A DNA stretch of 64,000 nt, taken from an archaeon. GTDB lineage: Archaea; Iainarchaeota; Iainarchaeia; Iainarchaeales; 1-14-0-10-31-34. Positions 47,618 through 58,306 of this stretch are shown in pieces. The DNA is taken from contig JBDRFE010000002.1 in assembly GCA_043819075.1 (NCBI GenBank), forward strand, positions 114-64,113, in the 5' to 3' direction. Positions within the stretch are counted from its first letter, which is position 1. Every line of letters begins with the position of its first letter. The notes under the pieces are model-generated. The model worked only from the letters and a program-made list of their open reading frames with translations, had not been told where the DNA came from and made no database searches. The position numbers were made by a program, and so were the translations under genes.

Positions 47618-49216
47618 TTATTTTATTTTTTTTAATTTTTTTATTACTTTTTCTTTTCCTATTGCGGTAATTAACTGCCCTAATTTCGGCCCTCTTTCTT
47701 TTTTAATTAAAAACAAATAAAATTCTTTGAATAATTCCCCTGCAGGAATATTTTTTTCTTTCCCTATTTCATAGATTTTCTGCTGGATTTCTTCTGGGTC
47801 GCTTGTTTTTTCAAGCACTCTAATTGTTTCAGAAAAGATTTCTTTCATTTTGTCTGGGGCTTCATGAATTTCTTCTGAGAACACAATCCTGTTTTCTTCC
47901 GGCGCAAATTTTTCCAGCCAGTTTTTTGAAAGCTTAATTCTTTCCTTTAATGCCTCTGCTTCTTTTTTTGTTTCAGTGCCTTTATTCATTTCATTTAATT
48001 TTTCAATTAATTCTTTTTCCTGGTAAAACCCGTTCAAGAAAGCGCATAAAGCGTAGTCTGCTTTCAATGAAATTAATTCTCTGTTATTAACTTTTACTGA
48101 ATCAAAATATTTTTTGTTTTTCAGCTGTTCAATTTCATTCCCTGTTTTTGTTTCAGCGCTTTCAGTTACTCTATCTAATTCAAGTTCAAGCAATGGAACG
48201 TCTTTCCATTCAAAGCTTCTTGTCTTCATTAATCTTTTCATATACAAATATTTTAGTGTTTCTGGCCTTGCAACTTTCAGCCAGTCAGCCGGATAAACCA
48301 CGTTACCTAAAGAAGCGCTCATTTTTGTTCCGCCAATTACAATGTGTTCATAAAAAATAGGCTCTGGGTGCGGAAAATCCAGTATTTTTTCGCATATTTC
48401 TGCGTTAACCCAGAAAGCAGAGTTTTTGCTTTCATATTCTTTTCCTGCTCCTTCTGAACAGACTTTCCAGTTCTTCCATTGCGCTGCCCACTCGCTTTTC
48501 CACACTAATTTTCCGTTTGCTTTCTTTAAATCTGATATTCCTTCAAAACCGCATCCTTTTGCAGTGAATTTTTCAAAAGCATAATCAATGCATTTGTAAT
48601 TGATTTTTGTGCCATCCACTTTTGTTATTGCAGTTGTCTGCAGATTCCCGCATTTTTCGCATATTGGCTTCCAGACACTCCAGTTTTTTCCTGTTTTGCT
48701 TCCCTGGACTTCTTCAATTATTTTTTTTACTTTTTCAGCGTTTTTCACTAATTCTATTGCGCTGTCGGTAAAGCTTCCTTTTTTGTATTCTTTTCTCATT
48801 GAATAAACTTCTGGTTCAATTAAGAGAAAGTCTTTGAATACTTTAAGGAATTCTTCTGTGAAGTGCTCTGCATAGCTTTTATGGCATCCGAATGGATCCG
48901 GAACATCTGACACAGGAAAGCCGATGAATTCTTCAAATTTTTTTGGAACCCCTTTAGGTATTTTCCTTAATGGATCCATGTCTTCTGTTACATAAATGAA
49001 TTTTGTTTTGAATCCTTTTTCTTCTAAAGCCCTTGCTTCTGCTTCGCCTCTGATGATGTCTGACAATCTTCCGATATGCAGCACCCCGGATAAAGAAGAA
49101 GAGCTTTTTACTGTCCAAGTTTTTTCTTCTGGAATTTTTTTGTCAATGAAATGAAATTTTTTCCTGTTAATTATTTTTTCTGCTATTTCGTCTGCCCAGA
49201 AAACCCATTCAGCCAT
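47618..49216 (-). CDS. lysS: Lysyl-tRNA synthetase, class I
   Basis: FWAD, SG.LHIG, DMDPLRK, GKL.WK.EWAAQW, KMSAS.GN, GPKL. Confidence 0.95.
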   Translation of the reverse strand: MAEWVFWADEIAEKIINRKKFHFIDKKIPEEKTWTVKSSSSLSGVLHIGRLSDIIRGEAEARALEEKGFKTKFIYVTEDMDPLRKIPKGVPKKFEEFIGFPVSDVPDPFGCHKSYAEHFTEEFLKVFKDFLLIEPEVYSMRKEYKKGSFTDSAIELVKNAEKVKKIIEEVQGSKTGKNWSVWKPICEKCGNLQTTAITKVDGTKINYKCIDYAFEKFTAKGCGFEGISDLKKANGKLVWKSEWAAQWKNWKVCSEGAGKEYESKNSAFWVNAEICEKILDFPHPEPIFYEHIVIGGTKMSASLGNVVYPADWLKVARPETLKYLYMKRLMKTRSFEWKDVPLLELELDRVTESAETKTGNEIEQLKNKKYFDSVKVNNRELISLKADYALCAFLNGFYQEKELIEKLNEMNKGTETKKEAEALKERIKLSKNWLEKFAPEENRIVFSEEIHEAPDKMKEIFSETIRVLEKTSDPEEIQQKIYEIGKEKNIPAGELFKEFYLFLIKKERGPKLGQLITAIGKEKVIKKLKKIK

Positions 49217-49292
49217 TAATTCACCTGAATAAAACTAGTTGCAAATAGTATTTAATTGTTAATTTGTTTTTTTGTGTGTTGAAAGCTTTCAG

Positions 49293-50036
49293 TCAGCTTT
49301 CATCGTAGGCTTCTTCTATTCCGTGGATTTTGATTCCGTCTTTTGTTATTGTTAATGGATGCAAATCTTCTGAATGTTTTGTTGAACGCATTTTCCTTAT
49401 ATGCACTGTCCTGTTTGTTCCGCCGCCGCCTATTCCAGAGTAATGCAGTACTATTACTCCGTCAACAACGTATTCTTCTACTTCGTATCTGCCGAATTTT
49501 GCTGTCCCTTCCTGTATTTCAGAGGTCATGATTGATGTAACGCCTATTCTCATCAGCATATAGCTTAATTTGAGTATTGCTTTTCTTGTCTCGTTTTCGT
49601 TGTCAAAATTGAATCCTAATGCAGGAATTGAGTCAATTACAACTCTTTTTGCGCCGATTCTTTTTGTTACTCTCATTATTTCAAGCAATAGTTTATCCAA
49701 GTCAAATCCTGTCATTGGCAGAGAAAATTCTTCTTCTGATGGCATTCCAATTCTTGCAACGCTTCCGTCTATTATGCTTAACAGTTTTTTTTCCTCTAAT
49801 TTTCTTAAATCCCAGCCAAATCTTGTAACATCTTCTCTTATTAGTTCAGGTCTTTCATCTAAAGTAACATAAATTCCTGGCTCATTGTATTTTACTGCCC
49901 CGTTGTAAATGTATTGCATTGAAAAAATTGTTTTTCCTGTTCCGCATGCACCTGAAACCAGCACAGCCCTTTTTTCCGGAAAGCCTCCTTCAAGCAGTTC
50001 ATCTAATCCAGTTATTCCTGTTTTAACTCTTTTCAT
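49293..50036 (-). CDS. KaiC-like (RAD55 family) ATPase
   Basis: RVKTGI.GLD.LL.GG.P, GACGTGKT, VVIDSI, KMR.T.H. Confidence 0.9.
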   Translation of the reverse strand: MKRVKTGITGLDELLEGGFPEKRAVLVSGACGTGKTIFSMQYIYNGAVKYNEPGIYVTLDERPELIREDVTRFGWDLRKLEEKKLLSIIDGSVARIGMPSEEEFSLPMTGFDLDKLLLEIMRVTKRIGAKRVVIDSIPALGFNFDNENETRKAILKLSYMLMRIGVTSIMTSEIQEGTAKFGRYEVEEYVVDGVIVLHYSGIGGGGTNRTVHIRKMRSTKHSEDLHPLTITKDGIKIHGIEEAYDES

Positions 50037-50106
50037 TTAATCCCCTTTTTTTTATTATAAGGCTTTTTGTTTAATAAAAACTTTTGTGTTTGCCTTTTTT
50101 TAACCT

Positions 50107-51927
50107 TTAAACCCTGCTTACCTCTTTCACTCCGTCAATTCCCTTTATTTTTTCAATTATTTTTGTTATTGTTTCAGGTTTTTTTGCCTGTAGCGTGAAC
50201 TTGCATGAAATATTTTTGTTTTCAACTTTTGCTTCAGTTGAAACAGCTTTTGCTTTCATTGAAGCTATTGCATCAAGTATGTCAGTCAAAAGATTTATTT
50301 TTTCTATTGCCTCAATTTTTATTTCAGTGCTCGTCTCCGTTTTCCCGACCATTCCCCAGTTCAAAGGGATTATTTTTTTCTTGTTTTCCCTTAATAAATT
50401 AGGGCAGGTTTCTCTGTGGACAATCAGCTTTCTTTTGGTTGTTTTTATTGCAAAAATTTTGTCCCCTGAAATCGGGCTGCAGCATTTTGCAATCTTTATT
50501 GAGTCAATTATTTTTTTTCCTGTTTTTTCAGGGATTTTTTTTGTTTTTGTCACCTCTATTTTAAGGAAATTCATTATTCTTGCTTTCGCTTTCTGGCTTT
50601 TCACTATTGACAGCCATTGTTTTTTTGGAAACTGTTTTTTTGAGGTGATTATTTCAACTAAGTCCCCGTTTTCAAGCTTGTGGTCAAGCTTTACCAGCTT
50701 GCCGTTGACTTTTGCTTTTTCGCAGCTGTTGCCAAGGCTTGAATGGATTGCATAGGCAAAATCCAATGGAGTTGAATTCAACGGAAGCTCTATTATTTTG
50801 TCTTTTGGCGTTAGAGTGAAAATTTTTTTTTCTTCAAAGCTTAAGTTAAATGTTTCAAACATTTTTTCTTTTTTGTTTTTTCTCTGCCATTCAATCAGTT
50901 CTCTTGCCCATGTAAGCTTTCCGTCAAACTCCTTGTCTTTTTTCAGCTCCTTGTATGCCCAGTGAGCAGGCATTCCTTCTTCTGCTTCAATATGCATTTG
51001 CATTGTCCTTATTTGTGCTTCAAATACTTTTCCGTCAGCTGTTTTAAGGTCTGTGTGAATTGACCTGTAATTATTTTTTTTTGGGCTTGCAATGTAGTCG
51101 TCAAACGACCCAAGCAATGGCTCGTGCATTGAATGAATAAAGCCAAGTATCAGGTAGCATTCTTTTATTGTGTTGCAGATTATCCTTACTGCTGTAAGGT
51201 CACGCAGGTCTTTTAGCCTGCATTTTTTTTTCTTCATTTTTTTGTATATTCCGTAAAAGTTTTTTGTCCTGCCGATTATGTTTGCGTTAATTCCCTCTTT
51301 TTTCAGTTTTTTCCTTATTTCTTCAACTATTTTTTTTAGTTCTGAATCCCTTTCTTTCCTGGTTTTTTTCATTGCATTTTTTATGGCATTGTATGCTTTT
51401 GGCTCTATTATTCTGAATGAAAGATCTTCAAGCTCCCAGTTTATTTCTTCTAATCCGAGTTTTTGGCTTATCGGGCAATAGACTTCCATAACATTTTTTG
51501 CGAGCTCTTCATTGCTTTTCGTGTTCCTGAGTTCAGCCAGTTTGGCTGAAAGAATTATTATTATTGTTCTGATGTCTTTTGTTGTTGCAAGAATTATTTT
51601 GCTTAATGTTTCTGGGCTGAAATTCTTGTTCTGGGATTCAATTTTTTTTATTTTCCTTGTTTCCATCACAAGCTTTTGTGCATCTTCATTTAGCTCTTTC
51701 AGTATTTCTTCTTCTTTTAATCCGGTTTCCCAAAGCAGTGCAGCCGAAATTGTGTTTTCTTTTAATCCAAGAGAAACAAGAGTGAATGCGGTGTTAAGCG
51801 CGTTTGAAAGCTGTTTTCCTTCAAGGTGGTTTTTTGCGAGTTCTGTGGCTTTTTTTATTGTCAGCAAATCAGTGTCTTTTTTCAAGGATTTAAACAAGTC
51901 ATTTGCTGAAACATTTTTGTATTTCAT
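50107..51927 (-). CDS. Long RelA/SpoT homolog (degenerate HD, synthetase, TGS, ZFD-like, ACT)
   Basis: GRTKN.YGIYKKM, DLTAVRI, DYIA.PK.NNYRSIHT, EAQIRT, AHWAYK; TGS TPLDFAYAIHS..G...AKVNG; AKCCSP..GD...HR..C. Confidence 0.93.
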   Translation of the reverse strand: MKYKNVSANDLFKSLKKDTDLLTIKKATELAKNHLEGKQLSNALNTAFTLVSLGLKENTISAALLWETGLKEEEILKELNEDAQKLVMETRKIKKIESQNKNFSPETLSKIILATTKDIRTIIIILSAKLAELRNTKSNEELAKNVMEVYCPISQKLGLEEINWELEDLSFRIIEPKAYNAIKNAMKKTRKERDSELKKIVEEIRKKLKKEGINANIIGRTKNFYGIYKKMKKKKCRLKDLRDLTAVRIICNTIKECYLILGFIHSMHEPLLGSFDDYIASPKKNNYRSIHTDLKTADGKVFEAQIRTMQMHIEAEEGMPAHWAYKELKKDKEFDGKLTWARELIEWQRKNKKEKMFETFNLSFEEKKIFTLTPKDKIIELPLNSTPLDFAYAIHSSLGNSCEKAKVNGKLVKLDHKLENGDLVEIITSKKQFPKKQWLSIVKSQKAKARIMNFLKIEVTKTKKIPEKTGKKIIDSIKIAKCCSPISGDKIFAIKTTKRKLIVHRETCPNLLRENKKKIIPLNWGMVGKTETSTEIKIEAIEKINLLTDILDAIASMKAKAVSTEAKVENKNISCKFTLQAKKPETITKIIEKIKGIDGVKEVSRV

Positions 51928-52048
51928 TCATAATATTTTTCATTGAATACTGCTTTAATTTTATTCTTTGCCCATTTTTTCTCTGGTTTTAAGGCAGTTT
52001 AAGGTAGTTTTATTTACTTGTTTGTTTTTTTATTGTTATGGTGTTTTA

Positions 52049-52783
52049 ATGCCGGTAATTGCAGGAAACTGGAAGATGAACAAAAGCATTCCAGAAACAA
52101 ACGATTTTTTCAAACAATTCAACAAACTTGTTTCTAAAACAAAAAACAAAATTGTTGTGTTCCCTTCTTTTCCGTGCATTCCTGCTGCAAGAAAATCTGC
52201 TTCAAAAAAAATTTTTATCGGAGCACAAAACATTTTTTTTGAGGATTCAGGCGAATTCACTGGCGAGGTTTCTTTAACCCAGCTGAAAGGATTATGCGAT
52301 TTTGTTGTTTTAGGGCATTCTGACAGAAGGCAAAAGTTTTCTGAATCAAGTGAATTAATCAACAAAAAAGTTAATTCTGCTTTAAAGCACAATTTTAGTG
52401 TTATTTTGTGTGTTGGGGAAACTTTTAGTGAAAGGGAAAGCAATCTCACAAACACTGTTTTAAGCGAGCAATTAAGTGATTCCCTGAAAGGAATTCCTTT
52501 TTCTCCGAATCTTTTGATTGCTTATGAACCTGTCTGGGCAATTGGTTCTGGGCAGACTGCAAAACCAAAAGACATTTTCCAGGCGCATTCTTTTATTAAA
52601 AGCCAGTTAACCGAGCTCTTCGGCGAAAAAGCAAGCCAGATAAAAATCCTTTATGGCGGAAGCGTTAAGCCTGAAAACATTAAAGAAATTTTTTCTGTTG
52701 AAAACATTGACGGGGTTTTAGTCGGTGGGGCATCGCTTAATCCTGTTTCTTTTGCAAAAATAGCTAATTATATTAAATCATAG
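52049..52783 (+). CDS. tpiA: Triosephosphate isomerase (bacterial-type)
   Basis: AGNWKMN, GHS.RR, AYEPVWAIG, ILYGGSV, GVLVGGASL. Confidence 0.95.
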   Translation: MPVIAGNWKMNKSIPETNDFFKQFNKLVSKTKNKIVVFPSFPCIPAARKSASKKIFIGAQNIFFEDSGEFTGEVSLTQLKGLCDFVVLGHSDRRQKFSESSELINKKVNSALKHNFSVILCVGETFSERESNLTNTVLSEQLSDSLKGIPFSPNLLIAYEPVWAIGSGQTAKPKDIFQAHSFIKSQLTELFGEKASQIKILYGGSVKPENIKEIFSVENIDGVLVGGASLNPVSFAKIANYIKS

Positions 52784-52818
52784 AAAAGAAAAATAAAAAA
52801 ATAGGGATGAAAATGCAG

Positions 52819-53271
52819 TTAACTGCATTTTCCAATTAATCCTTTGTCGCCTATCTGGACCAAGCCTGTAACATTTTTTGAATTGTATGTGAACATCACG
52901 TTTTTGTCAAAGCCTGCCCCAAGGTTTCCGCATGCGTTTAACGCTGTTAACTGAACAAGTTTTCTTTCTCCTGCGTTAAATGAAACGCTTGCAGCCAGAG
53001 TGCCTACTCCGTCAAACTTTACTTCAGTTAAAGTCAGCTTGTTTGCTGAAACATTTTGCACTTCCAAGTCAGCTGTTGTTCCACTGAACTTGTATTCAAG
53101 CATTGTGAAAGGCGAAGTGCTCTGCCAGTAAGCTTTTGACTGCTGTTCTGTTATGCCTCCGCTTAATCCAGGAACCCAGCCCATTACCCCGACAACAACT
53201 AATGCAATTACAATTATTACCGCAAGAATAATCAAGTATTCGGTTGTTCCCTGTGCTTTTCTTCCGAACAT
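52819..53271 (-). CDS. Archaeal type IV pilin (class III signal peptide), probable major pilin
   Basis: RKA-QGTTEYLIILAVIIVIALVVV. Confidence 0.88.
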   Translation of the reverse strand: MFGRKAQGTTEYLIILAVIIVIALVVVGVMGWVPGLSGGITEQQSKAYWQSTSPFTMLEYKFSGTTADLEVQNVSANKLTLTEVKFDGVGTLAASVSFNAGERKLVQLTALNACGNLGAGFDKNVMFTYNSKNVTGLVQIGDKGLIGKCS

Positions 53272-53348
53272 TTTTTCCCTCCTTTTTTTTGCAAAATAAA
53301 ACAATTATGCTATCTATTTAGTCGGTTTTCATTTATATTCTTTTCTCA

Positions 53349-54356
53349 TTATAAAACCGAAATAAACCCTGAAACCAGTGTTTTGAACCCAAAAAACAAT
53401 ATCACTGATGCAATGAATATTACTGGAAAATATTTTATTCCAAGCTGGGGTTTTCTTTCAGTTAATACTCCAATGAACAGGCTTGAAAGAATTGCATTTC
53501 CGAAAAACAGCACTAAAGCCATTTTCTGCATGAAATCTGGCGTGATGAGCAGTTCAGAGCTTAGGAAGCCAACATTAATTGTTCCTGTTGTTGTTTGTTG
53601 TGCCTGAATTGAAGAAATCATTTCAAGGAATTGCACTGAAATTGACATTAAAAGCGGGGTGGCAACAATTATTACAAACAACACAAACATTACATACATT
53701 TTTGTCCCTGAAATCATTTCTTTTTTCAGTTCATCTGTTTTTGAAATATCTTCTGCACTGGCTTCAAGAATGTTTGCAAGCTTTCCCCCTGACTTCAGGC
53801 TTTCAGAGAAAAATGAAACGCTTTCGCTTAAAATCCTTGAATCAATTTTTTTTGCCAGTTCTTTCAGTGAGCCGCTGAATGATTCAATGCCAAGGCTTTT
53901 GGCTGTAACTGTTTTTATTTCTTCTGCTAAAGGGCCGAATTCTTCTCTTGAACTGCTTTTGAATGCATAAAATGGTGTCATTCCTGACCTGAGGTTTGAT
54001 GCAACTAACAGCAGGAAATCAGGCAGAACGCTTTCAACTCTTTTTCTCCTGTCATCAATCTGGTATTCTAAATGCAGGTAATAAAGGAATAAAGTTGTTG
54101 CAAAAAAAATTATGCCAAAAATTATTCCTGCAAGAAACTGCAATCCAATTTCAGTGAATTCAATGAATCTTCCAAGGCTTAAAGGCATCAAAAAACCAAT
54201 CAAAAAAAATAATACTGCAAGCATTAATCTTTTTCCAAGCCAGGTATCTGTGTCCTGGCTTATTCCTGCAAAATCTAATCTGGCTGAAACAAGTTTTCTT
54301 TTTTTTTCAGGCACCAGCTCTGAAAGCCTTTTCTGGATTAATTCAAGTTGTTTCAC
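53349..54356 (-). CDS. Type IV pilus platform protein (T2SS F/TadC-like)
   Basis: LPDFL...ASNLRSG, EFGPL..E, SGG.LA.ILE, multiple TM helices. Confidence 0.9.
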   Translation of the reverse strand: MKQLELIQKRLSELVPEKKRKLVSARLDFAGISQDTDTWLGKRLMLAVLFFLIGFLMPLSLGRFIEFTEIGLQFLAGIIFGIIFFATTLFLYYLHLEYQIDDRRKRVESVLPDFLLLVASNLRSGMTPFYAFKSSSREEFGPLAEEIKTVTAKSLGIESFSGSLKELAKKIDSRILSESVSFFSESLKSGGKLANILEASAEDISKTDELKKEMISGTKMYVMFVLFVIIVATPLLMSISVQFLEMISSIQAQQTTTGTINVGFLSSELLITPDFMQKMALVLFFGNAILSSLFIGVLTERKPQLGIKYFPVIFIASVILFFGFKTLVSGFISVL

Positions 54357-55237
54357 ATTATCACCTTTGGCTTCCTGTTTTTTACAAAACCAATCAATAT
54401 AACCTGAACTGCAAAGGCAAAAAAAATTGTTGCCATTACATGAATTTCACTTATGTCAGAGCCGCCCATTGAAGAAAGGATTATAAGAAAAGTTATTCCT
54501 AAAGTCGGAATTGCTGCAGCCAAAAGCAAATACATTAAAATCCATAAATTGAGTTCAGCTGAATAATTTTTTATTCCCCTTAACTGGTTTGATGTAAGAG
54601 TGTTAATTGTTGTTTCTAATGCACCTGTAATGCTTGCCCCGCTTTTAATTGAAGTTACAATCTGCCAGCAGGCTTTTTTTAAGTACTCTGATTTGGTGCG
54701 CAAAGCCATTTTTTCCAGTGCTTTTGCTTCTGGTGTTCCTGCAACAATTTCTTTTACAACTAACCGAAATTCTTTTGATACAACGCCATAATCTGCTTTT
54801 GCAGTGTTTTCAATTGCATTAAATAGCGGAACACCTGATTTTGTCTGCAAAAGCATTCCCTTTAATGCAAAAACAAGGTCCTGGTCTATTCCCAAGGCAA
54901 TGTTTTTTGAAATTATTCCAGGGTAAATTATGTGCAGGAAAAAAAATAATACAAAAAAAGCAAACCCGATTAATAAATTCACGGGAAAAACTGTTTCTAA
55001 ACTAAAATCCCTTAAAAAAATAAGCATTGTTCCAAGCAAAAAAAATACTGTTCCATAAACCAGGGCTGAAATAATTGATGCAGTAAGGTATTCTTCTGCT
55101 GAAAGAGGTATTTCTGCTTTCTTTAAATCATATTTTGTTCCTACAAAAATTTTCTGCAGGAAGTTTCCAACAAACAAAATCCTTTTATTGAATTTTTTTG
55201 CCTGTTCTGTTGAAAAAACAAGGAATTTTACTCTCAT
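54353..55237 (-). CDS. Type IV pilus platform protein (T2SS F/TadB-like)
   Basis: SGVPLF.A....A..DYG.VS.EF, TM helices; overlaps the next gene. Confidence 0.88.
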   Translation of the reverse strand: MRVKFLVFSTEQAKKFNKRILFVGNFLQKIFVGTKYDLKKAEIPLSAEEYLTASIISALVYGTVFFLLGTMLIFLRDFSLETVFPVNLLIGFAFFVLFFFLHIIYPGIISKNIALGIDQDLVFALKGMLLQTKSGVPLFNAIENTAKADYGVVSKEFRLVVKEIVAGTPEAKALEKMALRTKSEYLKKACWQIVTSIKSGASITGALETTINTLTSNQLRGIKNYSAELNLWILMYLLLAAAIPTLGITFLIILSSMGGSDISEIHVMATIFFAFAVQVILIGFVKNRKPKVIM

Positions 55238-55247
55238 TTATTTCACT

Positions 55248-56981
55248 TCAGATTTTATCCAGATTAATTTTTTTTTCTGATGCATTAATTATTGTTTCAG
55301 GGTTGCTGTAATATAATTCCATTACTTTTCCCACTTCGTTAACTGAATTAATTTTTTTTTCAGCCATCCATTCAAGGATTTTTTTTCTTTGCTGTAAATC
55401 CTTGTTTATTTCCTGTTCTGTCAGCCCTGTATGAATGTTTAATTCCCCGTAAAATTTTACCGGCTCTTCTGTTTTGTCCCATGAATCAGTTCTAGGAGAC
55501 CAGCGGTAAATTGTGTTGATTGAAACGCTTCCTTCATGAGAGCCGGTTTCAATTTCACTTATTTCTAATGTCCTTCTCTTGTTTGTTTTTCTGTCCCTGT
55601 ACTGAACTAAAACCAAATGCAGTGCTTCTATTTCTAATGCAGGAATTTCAATCGGCGGCTCTGTCAGCCTTCTAATCAATTGATAACCTGAATCAGCGTG
55701 CATTGTGGAATAAACTGAATGCCCTGTATGCATTGCTTCAAACAATACTTCTGCTTCTTTTCTTTTCCTCATTTCGCCTAAAATTATTCTGTCAGGCCTC
55801 ATTCTAAGAGAGGACATCATTAAGTCAAACATGCTTATTTCTCCAAGGCCTTCTGGGTTAGGGTTTCTTGTTGTTAACGGAATCCAGTTCCATTTAAGGT
55901 AATCAGGCAGAGTTAATTCTCTTACGTCTTCTATTGTTATTATTCTATGATAGCTTGGAATCATTGCACATAAAGTGTTTAATGCAGAAGTCTTTCCTGA
56001 AGCAGTTGAGCCTGCGACCATTAAATTCATTTCATAGTGTATTGCCATCCACAAAAAAGCCGCCATCTCTGAATTCATTGTATGCTTTTCCTGAATAAAA
56101 TCTGTTATTGTCCAGGGTTTTCTTGCAAACTTTCTTATTGTAATAGTGTTTCCTAAAGAAGAAACAGGGAATAAAGTGGAATTAACTCTGTCTCCGGTTC
56201 CTAAATGAGCATCTAGAATAGGATTTAATGTTGTTATTTCTCTTCCGACTTTTCTTGCAATCTGTGCCGCATAATTTTTTATTAATTCCTCTGATTCAAG
56301 CATTATGTTTGTTTTCAGCCAGCCGAATTCTCTGTGATAAACTGCAATAGGCGTTATAGAAGAATTTATTGCAATTTCTTCAAGCAAATCGTCTTTCATC
56401 AGCAATTCAAGTTTTCCCATTCCATACATTTCATGCAATAAGATTCCTGCAAGCTTTTCAGTTATTTTTTCCTGGTTTTCTGGCAGGTATTTCAGCAGGG
56501 TTTTGTTCACTGTTTGAATGAATTTTTTCTTTAATTTCTCGTTTTTTTCGTCTTCATCCCCTGGTTCAATTTCAATGTTTTTTGCGATTTCTTCTTTTAA
56601 TTCGTCAATGAATTTTTGTGTTGCGGAATCAATTTCATCGAATTCAACATTGTATTGGTGTGTCCTGCTTCCTTTTTCTTCTGTAATCCTTGTTTTTGCT
56701 TTGGTGTTGTCTGCATTCAATTCATATTCTAATAAAATTTTTTGCGCTTTAACAGGTATTTCAGGCCCTAATTTTATTTCTTTTTCAATTTTTATGAAAG
56801 GCTTTGACAAAACGTTTGCAGGGTAAATTACGTTCAATAACCCTGTTTTTTCCATTATTTTTGCAGTTAATTCAAGTTTTTCTTTTTCCCATCCCAGTTC
56901 AGCTGAAATTTCTTCAATTGAAAGCTTTTTTTCCCTGTTAAGGAGTTCAGCTAATTCAAGGATTTTTGTTTTTATTATCAT
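55248..56981 (-). CDS. Type IV pilus assembly ATPase (CpaF/VirB11 family)
   Basis: GSTASGKT, ITIRKF, TIEDVREL, LRMRPDRIILGEMR, MHTGH..YST.HA. Confidence 0.95.
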   Translation of the reverse strand: MIIKTKILELAELLNREKKLSIEEISAELGWEKEKLELTAKIMEKTGLLNVIYPANVLSKPFIKIEKEIKLGPEIPVKAQKILLEYELNADNTKAKTRITEEKGSRTHQYNVEFDEIDSATQKFIDELKEEIAKNIEIEPGDEDEKNEKLKKKFIQTVNKTLLKYLPENQEKITEKLAGILLHEMYGMGKLELLMKDDLLEEIAINSSITPIAVYHREFGWLKTNIMLESEELIKNYAAQIARKVGREITTLNPILDAHLGTGDRVNSTLFPVSSLGNTITIRKFARKPWTITDFIQEKHTMNSEMAAFLWMAIHYEMNLMVAGSTASGKTSALNTLCAMIPSYHRIITIEDVRELTLPDYLKWNWIPLTTRNPNPEGLGEISMFDLMMSSLRMRPDRIILGEMRKRKEAEVLFEAMHTGHSVYSTMHADSGYQLIRRLTEPPIEIPALEIEALHLVLVQYRDRKTNKRRTLEISEIETGSHEGSVSINTIYRWSPRTDSWDKTEEPVKFYGELNIHTGLTEQEINKDLQQRKKILEWMAEKKINSVNEVGKVMELYYSNPETIINASEKKINLDKI

Positions 56982-57023
56982 TTTTCTGCCTTCACCAATA
57001 ATACTGTTTTTTTATTAATAAAC

Positions 57024-57890
57024 CTAACTAAACTTCTTTAATTCAATTAAAGAACTTGAATTAAGATCCTGCTGAAAATAATTCAAATCAATGTCAGCAA
57101 AAACTTTTAATCCAGAATTCAGGTCAAGCTGGGGCATTACAGCCTTTAATGCAAGCAATGTTTTTTTCTGGCCAAAAGTTTTATTCCACACTCTTACAGC
57201 ATTAATTTTTCCTTCAAAACTTCCAAAATGAATTTCTATTACGTCTTCTGCACTGCCTGAAAACCTTATTACAATAACATTATCTGAAAGCGAATTAACC
57301 TGAAGGATTTCATGTTTTTCGTTAAGTGAATTCAGGTCAGAATAATTAAAGTTAACAGTTAAATCCGGGCTTGAAGTGAAAAGTGTTTCATTCACTTGAA
57401 TTGAACTCGCATTTACATTAAGGTTCAAGTCAATTGAAACTGCATTGGTGTTCCTGTTTTCAGCAAAAAATTCCGCTGAACTCCCTGCACCAAAACCATA
57501 TTCATATACTAATCCGTTGCTGAACTTAACTGGAACAGAACTGCTTATTCTTTCAGAGCCGATTTTTATTTTCGTGTTGTTTACCGCAGAATAGCTGGTT
57601 TCAGCGAATTCCTTGAATTTGTTTATTCCTGCAATTTTGCTGTATTCTGCGGGAAGGGTTTCAATGAAAGTTATTTCAAGGTTTGGTTCAATTTGAATGC
57701 TTATTTGTGTTCCCAGAATTTCGCTTAAATCAAACCCCAAATCATCTTTCACAAATTCTGCCTTAGAATACTTTTTTATGTCATTAAAAGAATAATTCCT
57801 GTCCTGTGCATTTTGCGAGTAAAACACTGAAAACAACATCATTGAAGAAAGCAGGATTATTGCGCTAAAGCTTATTATGTATCCTTTCAT
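57024..57890 (-). CDS. Pilin-like/pilus accessory protein
   Basis: MKG-YIISF followed by a hydrophobic helix; operon context. Confidence 0.65.
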   Translation of the reverse strand: MKGYIISFSAIILLSSMMLFSVFYSQNAQDRNYSFNDIKKYSKAEFVKDDLGFDLSEILGTQISIQIEPNLEITFIETLPAEYSKIAGINKFKEFAETSYSAVNNTKIKIGSERISSSVPVKFSNGLVYEYGFGAGSSAEFFAENRNTNAVSIDLNLNVNASSIQVNETLFTSSPDLTVNFNYSDLNSLNEKHEILQVNSLSDNVIVIRFSGSAEDVIEIHFGSFEGKINAVRVWNKTFGQKKTLLALKAVMPQLDLNSGLKVFADIDLNYFQQDLNSSSLIELKKFS

Positions 57891-58306
57891 GCATTCACCT
57901 TATGCCATGCCTTTATTTCAGCCCAATAAAATTTTTCCTGTTCTATTACAAAAAAACTTCTTTTCACTGAAATAACTGAAATCCCTTTTTCACAGCCTTT
58001 TTTTGTTGCAGTGCTTAATGCGCTTGAATTATTGTCAAAATCAATTAAATTGATTTCAAAGCATAAATTTTGTGAAGTCTTATTTAAGTACTTCGCTATT
58101 TCATTGTTTTTTCCCTGCAGTACAGCCTGCTGGAGTTTGCTGTTTTTTTCAAGCACTGTTAAAACGTCTTCTGAAACCAGTGCAAGCTTTGCTTCGTTTA
58201 ATGAATTCAGCCTGCTTTCATTGAAATGCACTGCAATGGAAAAAAGCATTGCAAAAGCAATAACCAATGCAATTACTGCATCAACTGAAATAACAAACCC
58301 TTTCAC
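57887..58306 (-). CDS. Minor pilin-like protein
   Basis: MKG-FVISVDAVIAL class III-like signal. Confidence 0.75.
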   Translation of the reverse strand: MKGFVISVDAVIALVIAFAMLFSIAVHFNESRLNSLNEAKLALVSEDVLTVLEKNSKLQQAVLQGKNNEIAKYLNKTSQNLCFEINLIDFDNNSSALSTATKKGCEKGISVISVKRSFFVIEQEKFYWAEIKAWHKVNA

